A stretch of DNA of 63,648 nt, filler included, from Fonticula-like sp. SCN 57-25 (GCA_001724245.1; 11 parts of 11 records of this genome joined end to end with filler, not necessarily neighbours in it); one strand, 5' to 3'. Counted from the first letter of the whole stretch, positions 1 to 11,316 are shown. Numbers and translations are program-made. Notes: a model not told the origin generated them from the letters alone.

Positions 1-465
1 CTGCCGGAAGCGCGCAATGTAGTTGCGGAGCGTGCGGATGAAGCGCTCGGCATGGACTGCTCCGATAGCCGTCGAGTACATGTTTACGTCGTGGTCATCG
101 GCCCACTTTTTTACTTGGGCGTTGTAAAACTCGGTTCCTTCGTCGACATGGAGATATTTTGGTGCAGCCTTTAATGAGGAGAGGGCGTCGGCGACGGCGG
201 CGGCCGACTTTTCTTTGAGCGGAATGGCGCGCACAAACCGCGAGTACACGTCGACGATAATGAGGAGAAAGCGCGTGGCCTTGTTTTTCTCTGGATGGAG
301 TGACGCCGTATCCATCAAGTCGGCAGACCAGATGTCGTCGGGGTGAGACGCCGGGATTGATTGATGTTTATAGTTCTTGGTCGTTTGACTGAACATTGCA
401 GCCGTGTGTTGGTCACCAAGTGCGTTCTCCACCTTGTCACGCAGTGACACCTTCTTGATTGACAT
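1..465 (-). CDS. Retroviral-like (rve) DDE integrase, Polinton type, 3'-truncated
   Basis: Manual translation from ATG 465: MSIKKVSL...PDDIWSADLMD...FLLIIVDVYSRFVRAIPLKEKS...PKYLHVDEGTEFYN...NMYSTAIGAVHAERFIRTLR. The D, D and E catalytic motifs are present. It runs off the window edge and is absent from the ORF track. Confidence 0.93.
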   Translation of the reverse strand, partial: MSIKKVSLRDKVENALGDQHTAAMFSQTTKNYKHQSIPASHPDDIWSADLMDTASLHPEKNKATRFLLIIVDVYSRFVRAIPLKEKSAAAVADALSSLKAAPKYLHVDEGTEFYNAQVKKWADDHDVNMYSTAIGAVHAERFIRTLRNYIARFRQ

Positions 466-506
466 GTTTTACTTACATTCTGTAAGTGTTTAGCTGGCAC
501 AGGTGG

Positions 507-3500
507 CTAGCCACCGAATCCGTAAGGGATGCTCAAACCGTCGTTCACAATGACACGCTTGCGCGAGTCCTTGGAACACTCATACCGTTTCGTACCGTAC
601 TCGTGATACACATTCATACTACGGTCCTTGGCAATGTTGAGCTGGTCCTCGAGAACGATAAAGTTCTTTGTCTCATCATCGCGGTTGGCTACGATGGACT
701 CAAAGACCTCGTGAGTAAACTTTTGAGCATTCGCCCAGTTAAGCGAAAAACCCTTCATCTTCATCGGGCAAATCTTTTTCCACGTCGTCGTGTCCTCCGA
801 GTACTGGTCGTTCTTGTCGATACGCTGGACCGTGCGGTGGCTGTAACTCTTTGGACCTCCGGCAACGAGCGCATACATAGCACCTGCCGTCGCCTTGTCG
901 GCCGATTCGTTCTTCCAGTCGCCAAGGTAGTCGCTAATCTCCATACCGGCATCCTCCAACTCTTGGCGCGTACGGACGAGCTTGCAGATGACCGAGTCCG
1001 TATCGCAGTATGCCACATTCTCGTGGCCGACGGCATCGAAAGCCGTGTACAGCTTGGTCCGCGCATACGCCGTGGTGTAGCACGCGTAATACACGTTTGC
1101 CGTCTTGAGCTCGACCTGCTGCACCGACGGCGATCCGTACGACACGGCCCAACCTTTTGTAATACCACCGTTCTCGATAGGTTCGTAGTTTACATTCATA
1201 ATCTGACCTTGAATCTCACGCTGCACCAGATTGTTGAGTTCCTGGCTACTCGTGACGATTTCAGTCCGCTTTTGATCGCTGTTTTGACCTAGTTTTCCCC
1301 AATTGGAGTTTAATAGCAATTTGCTGCCAGCTTTACGTCCTGGGTTGTCACACATCGCGTCGACGTCTAGAACGATTCCCTCGCGTTCCAGGAAGCCTTT
1401 GGCCAACTCATGGCGCTTTTCAAGACTCACATTCTTCGTAACGCCAAACTCGGTCTTTGACTTGAGGAACTTGTTCACGTACGACGCAAAAATACCCTTA
1501 CGCCACCTGCTAAAGTGATGGACATTGTAGATATCAAGCAGCTCGTATCCGTGATTGAGCGCATTGAGCAGCTCGACGTGGTTCGTGTCCGTCACAAAGG
1601 ACCGCTCGTCGTCGCTGTGTATGCACTCGCCGCGTTCCAAGGTGGTGTGCTGGCAAGTGGCGTTGACACGCTCCTCGAGTGTGTGATGGCAGATACTTTT
1701 TACACTACCGCGTGTGCAGTGCTCGCAGCAAGTAAAGACGAGCTTGCTAAACTTTCCAACCTGCATGCGTACCGGCAATACCGGAATGAGTAGGTTGCGT
1801 GGTGCGCGAACGCGTACTCGCATAAGACCCTTGTACACAGTGTCCGTTCCGTCTTCACCAACGATGCCTGTGGTGAATGGGTCGCCGCGCTTCCATGTAA
1901 TGTCGGACGCATAGAGGATTTCGGGATGACCGAGCGGGAATGGTTTGTACTTTTGCACCCATGGGTAGAGCGACGTCACGTCAAGATAGACAAGCAGGTT
2001 GTCGTACAGCTCATTGTCGTGCGGAACGCCTGGCCGGGCCTTTGATCTCAGCAGTTTCTCGATCGAACCATCGGCAATGGCCTGGTCGACCTCGTCATTC
2101 TCGAGCAGCGTAACCAGGTGCTTGAACGCTTCAGTACGACCTCCATAGAACGGGTCACGCGGGTGGAAAGGACGCGACTCTGGCGCACGCGACTTGTACG
2201 CATCCGTCGGGTCATAGGTACACTCGCAGATTGAGATCACGTTGTACCCAAGACTCTCGAGGAGTTCCGTCCGCATCTTGGTCATACCGCGCTTCTGCTC
2301 CGAGTCGGAAAAGTGAGCCTTGCACTTGTTGCAACCGCCGTGCCAGTATGCACCGAGGAACTCGAATACGGTATTGGTGGCTTCATCGTAAGCGTCGACG
2401 ACCACATATCCCTTTGTCATACGATGGTCACGTCCGATCACGCGTGTATCGGCATTGCGGAGTTTGATTCGGTGTCCGCGCTTCAAGTTTGGGATACCGA
2501 GCGAGTTGAGCCAGTCGTCCTCCAGCATGCTCGAGTTTACGCGGGCACCATGCTGCGAGAAGTAACCGATCTCGTCCTCAGCCATGTGATTGATCAAAAA
2601 CTCGGCGATGGCAAGACTCGCTGCAGTCGTATAGTTTGTGGGATCAAGAGCAATATCACCGTTTGCCCCAGTCAACTCCATCATTGATTTACGATAGAGC
2701 AGCCAACCGCGACCGAGTACTTCCACGTCGGCATGACAGTACTTGCGCATGTTCTCGCGGTAACTCCAACTCGTAAGCGGTGCAACGTCGGTCTTGTACC
2801 ACTCAATCAACGCCGCTCTGTCTTTACTACTCTTTCTATTCGGTTCGTAATCCTCGAGCGGCGGTGGTGGTCCTACATAGTTGAGTGTCTTGTTCATTGT
2901 GTCAATTTGGTCATCACCTTCCACGATGAAGCGATGTGGAAAGTCACCCTTGACAACAGTGTCGGCGAATCCAAACATGCCCGGCACGCTTTTGAGGGGG
3001 CACATCCAGTGGAGTAGACTGTCTGAAAACTGTACAAGCGGCGAGTTGAGTGGACGCTGCGTAGACGGATTCTTGGGGCATGCCTGCATTGCCTTTGCCT
3101 TGGAACCGACGCGTGTCAACTGCACGTGCTTATCTTGGCGAACGAGCTCGTTGAAGAGAAACCCAAAGTCATAACCTGATCCGTTATGAAAGTAAACATG
3201 AGCACCATCGCGCTCCTGGTCCATCAGATACCTTGTGCTTTCGTACAACGCGGACTCGCCTTCGAACTCGACGCTTTCATCAACTTCAAAGTCACCTGCT
3301 TCGGTCTCGCGGAAGCGCTTGATGACAGCAAAGTGCACGACGTGATGCCAGCGCTTACGTTTGGACAAGCGGCTAATATCCTGAAGCGGTTGTGTCTCAT
3401 AATCCGCGAAATAGATCTTGTCGAGCGGTACCGGCTCTGCAACCTTTGGCTTTTGAAGGTAGCATTTGTGCTCCTCGTCGATACCGTACTGCTTCCCGCA

Positions 3501-5309
3501 GTTGCCGCACTTGGCCTTGGTGCAATCGTGCTTCTTCATCTGAAATGCAGTAAAGATCCGACCGCACAAGTCACAACACACACGCGTTCCGCATACGTGT
3601 GCTGCAATGCATGACTGTGTCGGGAACTTGTAATTACATTCATCGCACTTGATCCACGGCGTTGACTTGGTCATCTCGGCGCGTTCAGCGTCGTGATTCT
3701 CTTTGCTCTTGCAGTGGCGGCACGGATGTGAGACCGCATATGGACACGCATGATCGTTGTCAACAACCTTGGAGCAAACATGGCACCAACGCTCTTCACT
3801 GCGATTCAGACGGTATGTGCTGTACTTTGTGATTCCGTTAAAGTGCTCATCGTTTTTACGCCACTCGATGTATAAATGCTTCTTGTACGTGGCCGTCTTG
3901 GTAAACGTGTGTTTTTCAGTAATCTCTTTGTCCTTGGTCAATGTCGTTGAGGTTTGGAGCTGACCGTGGTCGAAATCGTAGATGTGGATGTACGCCTTAA
4001 AGTACTTTTCTAGAATCGGAAGGTCCTCGGCGGTCAACTTTTCCTGGGTACTAAACTTGCGGCCGCGGCGCTTCATCACCTCAGGGTCCTTGTTCAACTG
4101 TTCCACGATTTCAAGGATCGCCTTTGCAAATGAGTGCGTATGAGGAATACCCTGATTGTTTTGACGCTGATTCTCTCTGATCGTGTACGCTAGCTTTTTC
4201 GCCTTCTCCGCATCCTTACCTGCATTGTAAAGTTCATTGTGGAGACTACAGTGATGCAATGCGTAAAGGAGGCAAAGTTGATCGTTTTTGTTTTTCACCT
4301 CAAAACGACTTTGAGCCTTGACAAACTTGTCTTTTGCCGGTGCCGTCTTGAGGCGCGCCCCGCCAGCCGTGTTACGCAGGATTGTAATTCCAATTGGGAT
4401 ACCGTTAAAGTTATCATGCTCGCGTGCAGACTGGATGACGGATGCCATGATGTTGGTCAGGAACTCGATTGTAACTTGGTGTTTCCGAACAAGAGCGCCT
4501 TCACCGCCACCAAGTTCAATACGGGCAAAGTCATTGTCACGCATATTGGCGTTCAGGTAGCTCTTCACCTCTTTGTGGATACCGTCAACTACGACAGACA
4601 GCGCAACCACTTCGTCACGCGTTGGCATGCGAGCGAGGGTACCTTTCTTTACCTTTTCATTAAGAATCTTCTGAGTTCTTGTCACAATAGGTTTGATGGG
4701 TCGTGTACTTTTACGTGTTGCAGTAAATTCGTCGTGAATCTGTTCACCGTTAAAGATGAGTTGCAGGTTCTCAGCAATATGGAACACACCCTCTGCGCGT
4801 TGAATGGGACCTGTTTGTTCAGACACACGCATTTCCGTGGTGATGACACGCTGCTTCAGATGACGTGCTAGGGCATCCGCACGACGGTTGAAATCGGTTT
4901 GAGCCTTTGTAGCTTCCAGCTTTCGTTTTCTCTGGTATTCCTCACTGGAAAGCTTATCAAGCGTGTTTTCATTATTTCGTTGTTTACGCTCAAGCGCCTT
5001 GCGTTGGCTGCGAGGCATGTTTGGTTCGTCTTCAAGCTGTCTCTCGATGGAGTATAGCTCGTTCAGGAGCTTATCGCTCGTTTTCTTATCGACCTCTTTC
5101 TGATTCTTAGCCTTGGTTAAGACTTCATGTGCCTTGTCCTTTCTAAGCTCCAACTGCTGCTGTTTGATTACAGCTGGTGAGCGCGCAACGTAGGTACGTT
5201 GGCGTCCGTTTACAGTACGAAGCTGACGTACCGAAGGGAGTCCCGTTTCGTTCTGGGTCGAGGTCATGGACATCGCCGGAACTGTTCTGGCTCGGGTCTT
5301 TGGCGGCAT
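507..5309 (-). CDS. Protein-primed family B DNA polymerase (Polinton pPolB), 1600 aa
   Basis: Exonuclease motifs FADYET, FHNGSGYD and YCHADV; PFYGGRTE; polymerase motifs YLDVTSLYP, KLLLNSNWGKLGQ, YCDTDS and KMKGF. Cys/His clusters lie N-terminal to the exonuclease. Confidence 0.96.
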   Translation of the reverse strand: MPPKTRARTVPAMSMTSTQNETGLPSVRQLRTVNGRQRTYVARSPAVIKQQQLELRKDKAHEVLTKAKNQKEVDKKTSDKLLNELYSIERQLEDEPNMPRSQRKALERKQRNNENTLDKLSSEEYQRKRKLEATKAQTDFNRRADALARHLKQRVITTEMRVSEQTGPIQRAEGVFHIAENLQLIFNGEQIHDEFTATRKSTRPIKPIVTRTQKILNEKVKKGTLARMPTRDEVVALSVVVDGIHKEVKSYLNANMRDNDFARIELGGGEGALVRKHQVTIEFLTNIMASVIQSAREHDNFNGIPIGITILRNTAGGARLKTAPAKDKFVKAQSRFEVKNKNDQLCLLYALHHCSLHNELYNAGKDAEKAKKLAYTIRENQRQNNQGIPHTHSFAKAILEIVEQLNKDPEVMKRRGRKFSTQEKLTAEDLPILEKYFKAYIHIYDFDHGQLQTSTTLTKDKEITEKHTFTKTATYKKHLYIEWRKNDEHFNGITKYSTYRLNRSEERWCHVCSKVVDNDHACPYAVSHPCRHCKSKENHDAERAEMTKSTPWIKCDECNYKFPTQSCIAAHVCGTRVCCDLCGRIFTAFQMKKHDCTKAKCGNCGKQYGIDEEHKCYLQKPKVAEPVPLDKIYFADYETQPLQDISRLSKRKRWHHVVHFAVIKRFRETEAGDFEVDESVEFEGESALYESTRYLMDQERDGAHVYFHNGSGYDFGFLFNELVRQDKHVQLTRVGSKAKAMQACPKNPSTQRPLNSPLVQFSDSLLHWMCPLKSVPGMFGFADTVVKGDFPHRFIVEGDDQIDTMNKTLNYVGPPPPLEDYEPNRKSSKDRAALIEWYKTDVAPLTSWSYRENMRKYCHADVEVLGRGWLLYRKSMMELTGANGDIALDPTNYTTAASLAIAEFLINHMAEDEIGYFSQHGARVNSSMLEDDWLNSLGIPNLKRGHRIKLRNADTRVIGRDHRMTKGYVVVDAYDEATNTVFEFLGAYWHGGCNKCKAHFSDSEQKRGMTKMRTELLESLGYNVISICECTYDPTDAYKSRAPESRPFHPRDPFYGGRTEAFKHLVTLLENDEVDQAIADGSIEKLLRSKARPGVPHDNELYDNLLVYLDVTSLYPWVQKYKPFPLGHPEILYASDITWKRGDPFTTGIVGEDGTDTVYKGLMRVRVRAPRNLLIPVLPVRMQVGKFSKLVFTCCEHCTRGSVKSICHHTLEERVNATCQHTTLERGECIHSDDERSFVTDTNHVELLNALNHGYELLDIYNVHHFSRWRKGIFASYVNKFLKSKTEFGVTKNVSLEKRHELAKGFLEREGIVLDVDAMCDNPGRKAGSKLLLNSNWGKLGQNSDQKRTEIVTSSQELNNLVQREIQGQIMNVNYEPIENGGITKGWAVSYGSPSVQQVELKTANVYYACYTTAYARTKLYTAFDAVGHENVAYCDTDSVICKLVRTRQELEDAGMEISDYLGDWKNESADKATAGAMYALVAGGPKSYSHRTVQRIDKNDQYSEDTTTWKKICPMKMKGFSLNWANAQKFTHEVFESIVANRDDETKNFIVLEDQLNIAKDRSMNVYHEYGTKRYECSKDSRKRVIVNDGLSIPYGFGG

Positions 5310-5322
5310 CTTTTTTACACCC

Positions 5323-5422
5323 NNNNNNNNNNNNNNNNNNNNNNNNNNNNNNNNNNNNNNNNNNNNTTAATTAATTAANNNNNNNNNNNNNNNNNNNNNN
5401 NNNNNNNNNNNNNNNNNNNNNN
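5323..5422. other. Artificial contig spacer (N44-TTAATTAATTAA-N44); same spacer at 10716, 16065, 21404, 32313, 37648, 42923, 48155, 53343, 58498
   Basis: Identical 100-nt N-runs with a central six-frame stop linker; genes are truncated at these points. Confidence 0.98.
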
Positions 5423-5677
5423 AGAGCCAAGTGGTAAATGGATACACGCTTCGAACCAATGTTGAATATATATAAACTACTCCGAGTGCGCCTGTATTGC
5501 AACCGACCCGCGCATTCAGGCCGCTTAACCGCAGGGATGTCCGCTTGCAGTCTGGCAGGGGAAGCACCAACTTTGCAGAGTGACGTTCACTGCTTCGTTT
5601 ATGTAAACGTGACAAATCTTTTCCGTCATCAATACCGTTTGCGTCAACAACAGCAGCAGCTGCCCTTCGATCAGCTG

Positions 5678-6839
5678 ATGGCGGCGCCGAAACCGCGCCC
5701 CCCGAAAAAGGCGGAAGACAACCCTTTCTCCTTCAAGACATTTATAGGCGTCAAGGACGATGACGAGATCGACATCTTTGCCACTGCGCCCAAGGCGCCT
5801 TCCAAGAGCGCTGCGATGCCCATCCCTCCGCCGGCCAGCGTGAGCAGCGGCCCCCCTCCCCCGCCGTTCGTCCCCTCCTCGCCGAGCCTGGCCAGCAAAT
5901 CATCCTATTCGTCCTCCTCGTCTATGCCGCCGCCGCCGCCGCCGTCGTCAGCCGACGAGAATCCCTTTTCTTTTCAGAGCTACGCGCGCAAGGGGACGGC
6001 GTCGTCGGCCGGCCCCGCAGCGGCCGACCCCAACGCCGATGACGACGCCTTTCTTAGCGATGACGACGGCGGCCTTCCCGCACCGCCGCCTTCTTTGTCG
6101 GGCCCACCGCCGCCACATTCCTCATTGGGTCCGCCCCCGCCGCCCTCTTCGTCGTCGGGTCTTCCGCCGCCTCCCCCGGTGGACTCGGACCCGCAGGATT
6201 TGCGTCGCGAGGTGGCGCAGTGGGAGGCGCGCGCGCGCGCAATGGAGGCAGAGATCCAGGCGGAGCGGCAGCAGCTGAGCGCGGCGCTGCTCAAGGAGAA
6301 AAAGTGCGCTCCTTAGCCCTCATCTCCCACTACTAACCCCACTCGCAGGCGCGTCAAGGCTCTGGAGCAGCAGCTGCAGGCTTCGCGCAAGCTCGAGCAG
6401 GCCGACACGGCGGCGCTCGAGGACGCCGTACGGCGCGTCGAGGTCAACCTGGACCTTGCCAACAAGCGCGCGGCCGCCGCTGAGGCGCTTGCCGTGCGGC
6501 TACAGGTGCGCTTCGCGGCCGCTTTTTGTGTCGATCCGCTAACGCGCCACGCAGAGCGACCTTGCTACGACGACCGCACAGCTGCACGAGGAGCGGATGC
6601 GGGCCGCGTCGGGAGCCGGCGGGTTTCCGCAGCAGCAGCAGCCGCAGCCGTCGCAGCCCTTCTACGGGTCGCCCGAGGCCGAGGTGCAGGCGAACGTACT
6701 GCAGATTGCCGCGACGTTAGAGAAGGCGGTGCGCGACGCCAACGACGGGCTCAAGAGGGCCGCGGACGCGGGTCGCATTATGTACTCGTCGGTCGAGGCG
6801 CTCAGGCTCGTCGGAAAGTTTGCGCCAGGCCAAGGGTGA
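5678..6839 (+). CDS. ENTR1/SDCCAG3-like endosomal trafficking coiled-coil protein, 3 exons
   Basis: Two NPFSF motifs and a Pro-rich linker. After GT-AG introns 6304-6348 and 6506-6554 comes the coiled coil ALEDAVRRVEVNLDLANKRAAAAE, recalled as similar to ENTR1. Confidence 0.6.
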
Positions 6840-7132
6840 GCTCCCGGCGTGGCTCGGGTGTGAGCAGGGCGCGGTTTTGTGTTTTTTTTTGCTGTATCAT
6901 ACTATCAGTCCAATGCACGTGTACACTATCTATATGGTTTAACGTCACAGTGACATCAAAGGGATCTGCAGTGAATGCTAGATGGATGTGACCACAAATG
7001 TTTTAGCCACTGCACGGAAAGCACTATTAGAGTTTCCTTTCTCCAGAGCCGACGATGGGTCTAGTCCACCAAAGCCCCGCAGCGTCCATTGCAATTATAA
7101 TGATAATATGCAATATATTCAACAAAGGACAG

Positions 7133-8722
7133 TTATTTTACAGTTTCAAATCTCCTGTACGTGAACCCGATGACTCTTGAGATGGCCTTACCCTGCGCTG
7201 CGAGCGCCGCAATGTCGTTCTGGCTCATCTCGTTCGGCCCCGCGCTATACACCGGATCAAAGTTTGACGTGTCCGTCTCATGGTCGATTGTCGGCACGAA
7301 CGGCGGCTGTACGTCGCGAAGCGCTTCCCACGGCCCAAGCGGCTCCATCCACGGGTGCGCCTGGACGTCGTCGGGGGAGCGCAGACGGGCGGCGCGGCGC
7401 GCGATGAGCTCCGTTATGAGCGACCAGGCGCCATCGGGGATGGCCATCGAGGCGTCCGTCGGCCGCTCGAGTGTCGTCGCGTGGCTGAGGATGTCACGGA
7501 AGGTGTGCTCAAGCGACGCCTGGCAAAAGGGGGTCGTGCCGGCAAACATCTCGTACAGCATGACTCCAAGCGACCAGTAGTCGACAGCGCCGTCATAGCC
7601 CGAGTTTTCAATGATCTCGGGCGCCATGTAGTCGGGAGTGCCAACAATCGTAAAGCCCTGCAAATAGTCAGTTATAAGGCGAAAAGGAGGAGGATGATAT
7701 CAACACATTCAACATCAAGCAGCAGCACGTTTATCACAAATGTCACTCATAGGTCAAATCATCCTTTCTATCTCTTTTCCAACCTTCCCGCTTCCCCCCC
7801 ATGGTCGATCCAATACGCACCATAACGCCCATCTTGCTCCTGTAAATGTTTCTTCTGTCGAGGCTGCTCGTGTACGGCGCTGGCTCATTCTTTGCCGCGC
7901 GCTCGAGCCGTGCGACGCTGGCCTCCATCCAGTCGTTGCTGAGCTCGCCCTTGCTGAGCCCAAAGTCGGTGAGCTTGAGATGCCCCGCGGCGTCGATCAA
8001 AAAGTTCTCTGGCTTGATGTCGCGGTGAATGAAGCCAAGGCCGTGCAGGGTTGCCACAGCCATGCTGGCCTCGGCCATGTAGAAGCGCGCAGCGTCCTCG
8101 TCGAGCGGCGCACTTTTTTGCAGCAGGCCGCGCAGGTCGCCGCCGGGGACGTACTCCATGCACAGGTACAGGCTGTCGGCGTCCTGAAACGCGCACAGCA
8201 GCGCGGTCAGCCATTGCGAGCGCGCACTCACAAGCACGTCGCGCTCAGCAAGGACGCCATCAAGCGCCTTTTTCAGGAGGAGCGCCTTTTTGTCCATCTT
8301 TTTGACTGCGCACAGCGATCGAGACGCTGTCTGGCGCTGGCAGAGGTATACCTCGCCGTAGCCGCCCTGGCCAAGCTTGCACAACACGTTAAAGTGGGAC
8401 TCGTCAAAGTGAAGTGCGGAGCGGCGTTCGCGAAGCTTGCAGCTCTCGGAGGCGTAAAAGGAAGAAAGGGCGGCATCCTGCGCCTCAGATGGCTCACTGC
8501 CAAGCTGCGTCTTGAGCGCAGACAGTGCGTCGAGACGGCGCTGGCGAGACACCAAGAGACGAAAGTAGTACTCGAGAAAATCTAGTTGTCAGACCACCAT
8601 CAGCCAACGATGCGCAACGAGAATCAAGGGGAAAGAGGGGAAATGAGGCACGTACAGACACGGTTGGCCGCTAGCTGGCGCTCAGTGCGAGGCGAAACGT
8701 ATGGCATCCTCGCCGCCGCCAT
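7133..8722 (-). CDS. AGC kinase, NDR family (DBF2/Sid2-like), 3 exons
   Basis: GQGGYG, AVKKM, HRDIKPEN, DFGLSK, VGTPDYMAPE, DYWSLG and an AGC tail (PPFVP...GFTY). N-terminal FLEYYFRLLVSRQRR resembles the Mob-binding region. ATG at 8722; introns near 8582-8655 and 7660-7816. Confidence 0.9.
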
Positions 8723-9099
8723 GGTCGATGCTTGTCTGTCTCTCCTTTTGCGCGCCCGGGGCCGCTTTAAGTACCTCTATCTCGGAGGAAGGCGGGCGGC
8801 CGCCGGCGGCGTCAACCTCGTAAATTTGATTACGTGTGCTCTTAACGTCACATTTTCTACGTCACCGCCTACGTCATCACTTGCTTGACAATTGTCAACA
8901 AAGTGAAACTTGATGACCATCGTCTGCAGTTGACGCACTTTTCTTCCTCTGCTGAGCGGACGCGGGATCGCAGGGCCAAACGAGGAGCTAACGCACAGCT
9001 CCGCCCAGGCAGCTCGCAAGACAGAGAGAAGGCGTGCATTGTGAGATAAAGAGAAGACAGTGAGATTGGAATCGAGAGAGAGCACGTTGTTAGTCAGCA

Positions 9100-10638
9100 A
9101 TGGTCGGATTAACTTCAGCGGGTACGATGCGCGCTTCCGTGTGACGTAGCACAGATTAACCCGCGCCCTGTTGCATCACACAGCCGGCCTCCTGGCGCTG
9201 CTTGATGAGCCGGACGTGTCGCTTAAGGTGCACGCGCTCGAGCGCCTCAACGACCTCGTGGACGAGTTCTGGGCCGAAATCGCCGACTCTGCCACCCTCA
9301 TGTACGCCCTTGATCCCCCCCCTTTAAGTGCATGCCCCGCTCACACGCTCCCCCAGCGAGGTGCTTCATGAGGACGAGACTTTTCCGGCGCGCGAGCTTG
9401 CCGCCCTTGTGGCAGCCAAGGTGCGCTTCCATCCCTCTGTTTGTGTTTTGGGATTTGCGTCCTGACCGTGATTGCCGCCAGATCTACTTTCACTTGGGGT
9501 CGCTCGGCTCGTGCCTCGACTTTGCGCTGCGCGCCGGCGCTCTGTTTGACGTGATGTCCAAGACCGAGTTTGTTGAGACTATTGTGAGCTATGGCGTTGA
9601 CACGTACATTCGGCAGCAGACGAGCTCTGATGCGACGTCTGTTCCCGATGCGCGCCTCGAGGGCGTCGTGAACCGGATGTTTGAGCGCTGCTTCCACGAC
9701 GGGCAGCACAAGCAGGCGCTGGGTATTGCCCTGGAAGCGCGCCGGCTGGACATTGTGCGCGCTAGCATTGCGTCGAGCGGCAAGCCCGTGGCGATGCTGT
9801 CGTACTGCCTGTCGGTGTGCATGACGGTCGTGCAGAACAAGGCGTTCCGTAACGCGGTGCTGGACGTCGTTGTGCAGCTGCACATGGAGATGAAGGAGAA
9901 GGACTATGAGGCTATCTGCAGGTGCCTCGTGTACCTCAATGACGCCGCGGGGGTAGCAAACGTCATTGGGCAGCTCATCTGTGGATCAGAGGTGCGTGAG
10001 CAAGAGGGAAGAGGGAAGAAAGGGAAGGAAAGAGAAGAAACGGGAGGGAATGAGAAGAAAAGAGAGCGAAAGCGAGGACAGAGTGATTACATTCATGTGT
10101 GGGATAATGCATGGGTGATGATATAATTTGCGTGACGCATGGTATATGATCCATGATCCATGATACATCTTTTGTGATTCATTTCTGTTGTCTATCTGTC
10201 TGTCTGATGTCTGACGCCTTCCCTTGCCTTTAGAGCGACCACCAGGTGGCGTACCAGCTGTGCTTTGAGCTGTACGACAACGCGACGCAGCAGTTCCTGC
10301 GCGGCGTGCTGGACGTGCTGCGCCCGACTGTCTCCTCCTCTGCCTCCCCCACCGTGCTGAGCCACGTCGAGGGCATCCTGCTCGGCGAGAAGACGACGAG
10401 CCTCTACCTCGAGTTCCTCTTCCGCAAGAAGCACATTGACCTGGCGATCCTTAAGGGCACCAAGGCGGCGGTCGACGCGCGCAGCTCGGTGCTCCACAGC
10501 GCCATTGTGGCGGCCAACGCCATCATGCACGCCGGCACGACCAGCGACCAGTTCCTCAGGGACAACCTCGAGTGGCTCAGCAAGGCCACAAACTGGAGCA
10601 AGTTTGCCGCGGTGGGGTCACTCGGTGTCATCCACAAG
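9100..10638 (+). CDS. RPN2: 26S proteasome regulatory subunit Rpn2/PSMD1, 5' part, multi-exon
   Basis: MVGLTSA|AGLLALLDEP...HALERLN..VDEFWAEI, QALGIALEARRLD and MHAGTTSDQFLRDNLEWLSKATNWSKF; truncated at the contig end. Confidence 0.95.
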
Positions 10639-10815
10639 GTGCGTGGAGGAGAGAGAAGAATGGGAAGATATGGGAGGGAATTAAAGTGTTGATTGTCATT
10701 GTGTGTCATTGAGTGNNNNNNNNNNNNNNNNNNNNNNNNNNNNNNNNNNNNNNNNNNNNTTAATTAATTAANNNNNNNNNNNNNNNNNNNNNNNNNNNNN
10801 NNNNNNNNNNNNNNN

Positions 10816-11316
10816 TGTGGCTTCGTGAGCTCCAGGATCCAGTAATCCCCTATTCATTGTAGTACGTTGTCAACTTATTTGGTGAACACAAAAGAATAAC
10901 CAATTGGACACTACACAACCAACACTCACATTCAAACATACTCCACACTCCCACAATGTACTCTACCCATTCACTACTACCCAACACACACGAATCATCA
11001 ATTTCAAACCCACTTTAGTAACACGTGTATCGAGAAGGCGAGTGACTTTGCTTCCTGTGTAGATATTGGACTGAAACAGATCCCAGAACAGAACAAGAAC
11101 ATCCTTGTGTTTGTTTTGCGCTTCTTGGCCCAACTTTCCCTTCCGCAATACAGCGCCAAAACCATGATGAACTGTGACAACTTGGCACTCGTGTTTGCGC
11201 CAAACATCATTCGAAACCCTAGTTCGAACCCATTGGCAGTGATGAAGAACAGTCCTCTTGAGCAACTCTTTCTCAAGAATCTCTTACTCTACACTGTAAA
11301 CAACAATCTTCCGTAA
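10816..11316 (+). CDS. RhoGAP-domain protein, 3' end
   Basis: LWLRELQDPVIP, then an intron, then NKNILVFVLRFL...TMMNCDNLALVFAPNIIR. Confidence 0.85.

Larger units (their letters stand above)
1..5322 (-). mobile_element. Polinton/Maverick (adintovirus-like) element, internal fragment
   Basis: Intronless protein-primed PolB followed 41 bp later, on the same strand, by a retroviral-type DDE integrase; this pairing defines Polintons. No TIRs or capsid genes lie within the contig. Confidence 0.88.

Noticed and set aside
486-1292. 268-aa plus-strand ORF and other antisense ORFs over pPolB, the kinase, ECH1 and the Cys-rich gene
   Set aside because: Shadow ORFs opposite well-supported genes, with no motifs of their own.
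5367-5378. Recurring TTAATTAATTAA resembling a repeat array or TTAA target sites
   Set aside because: It is always centred in N-runs, so it is an artificial concatenation linker; gene adjacency across gaps is meaningless.
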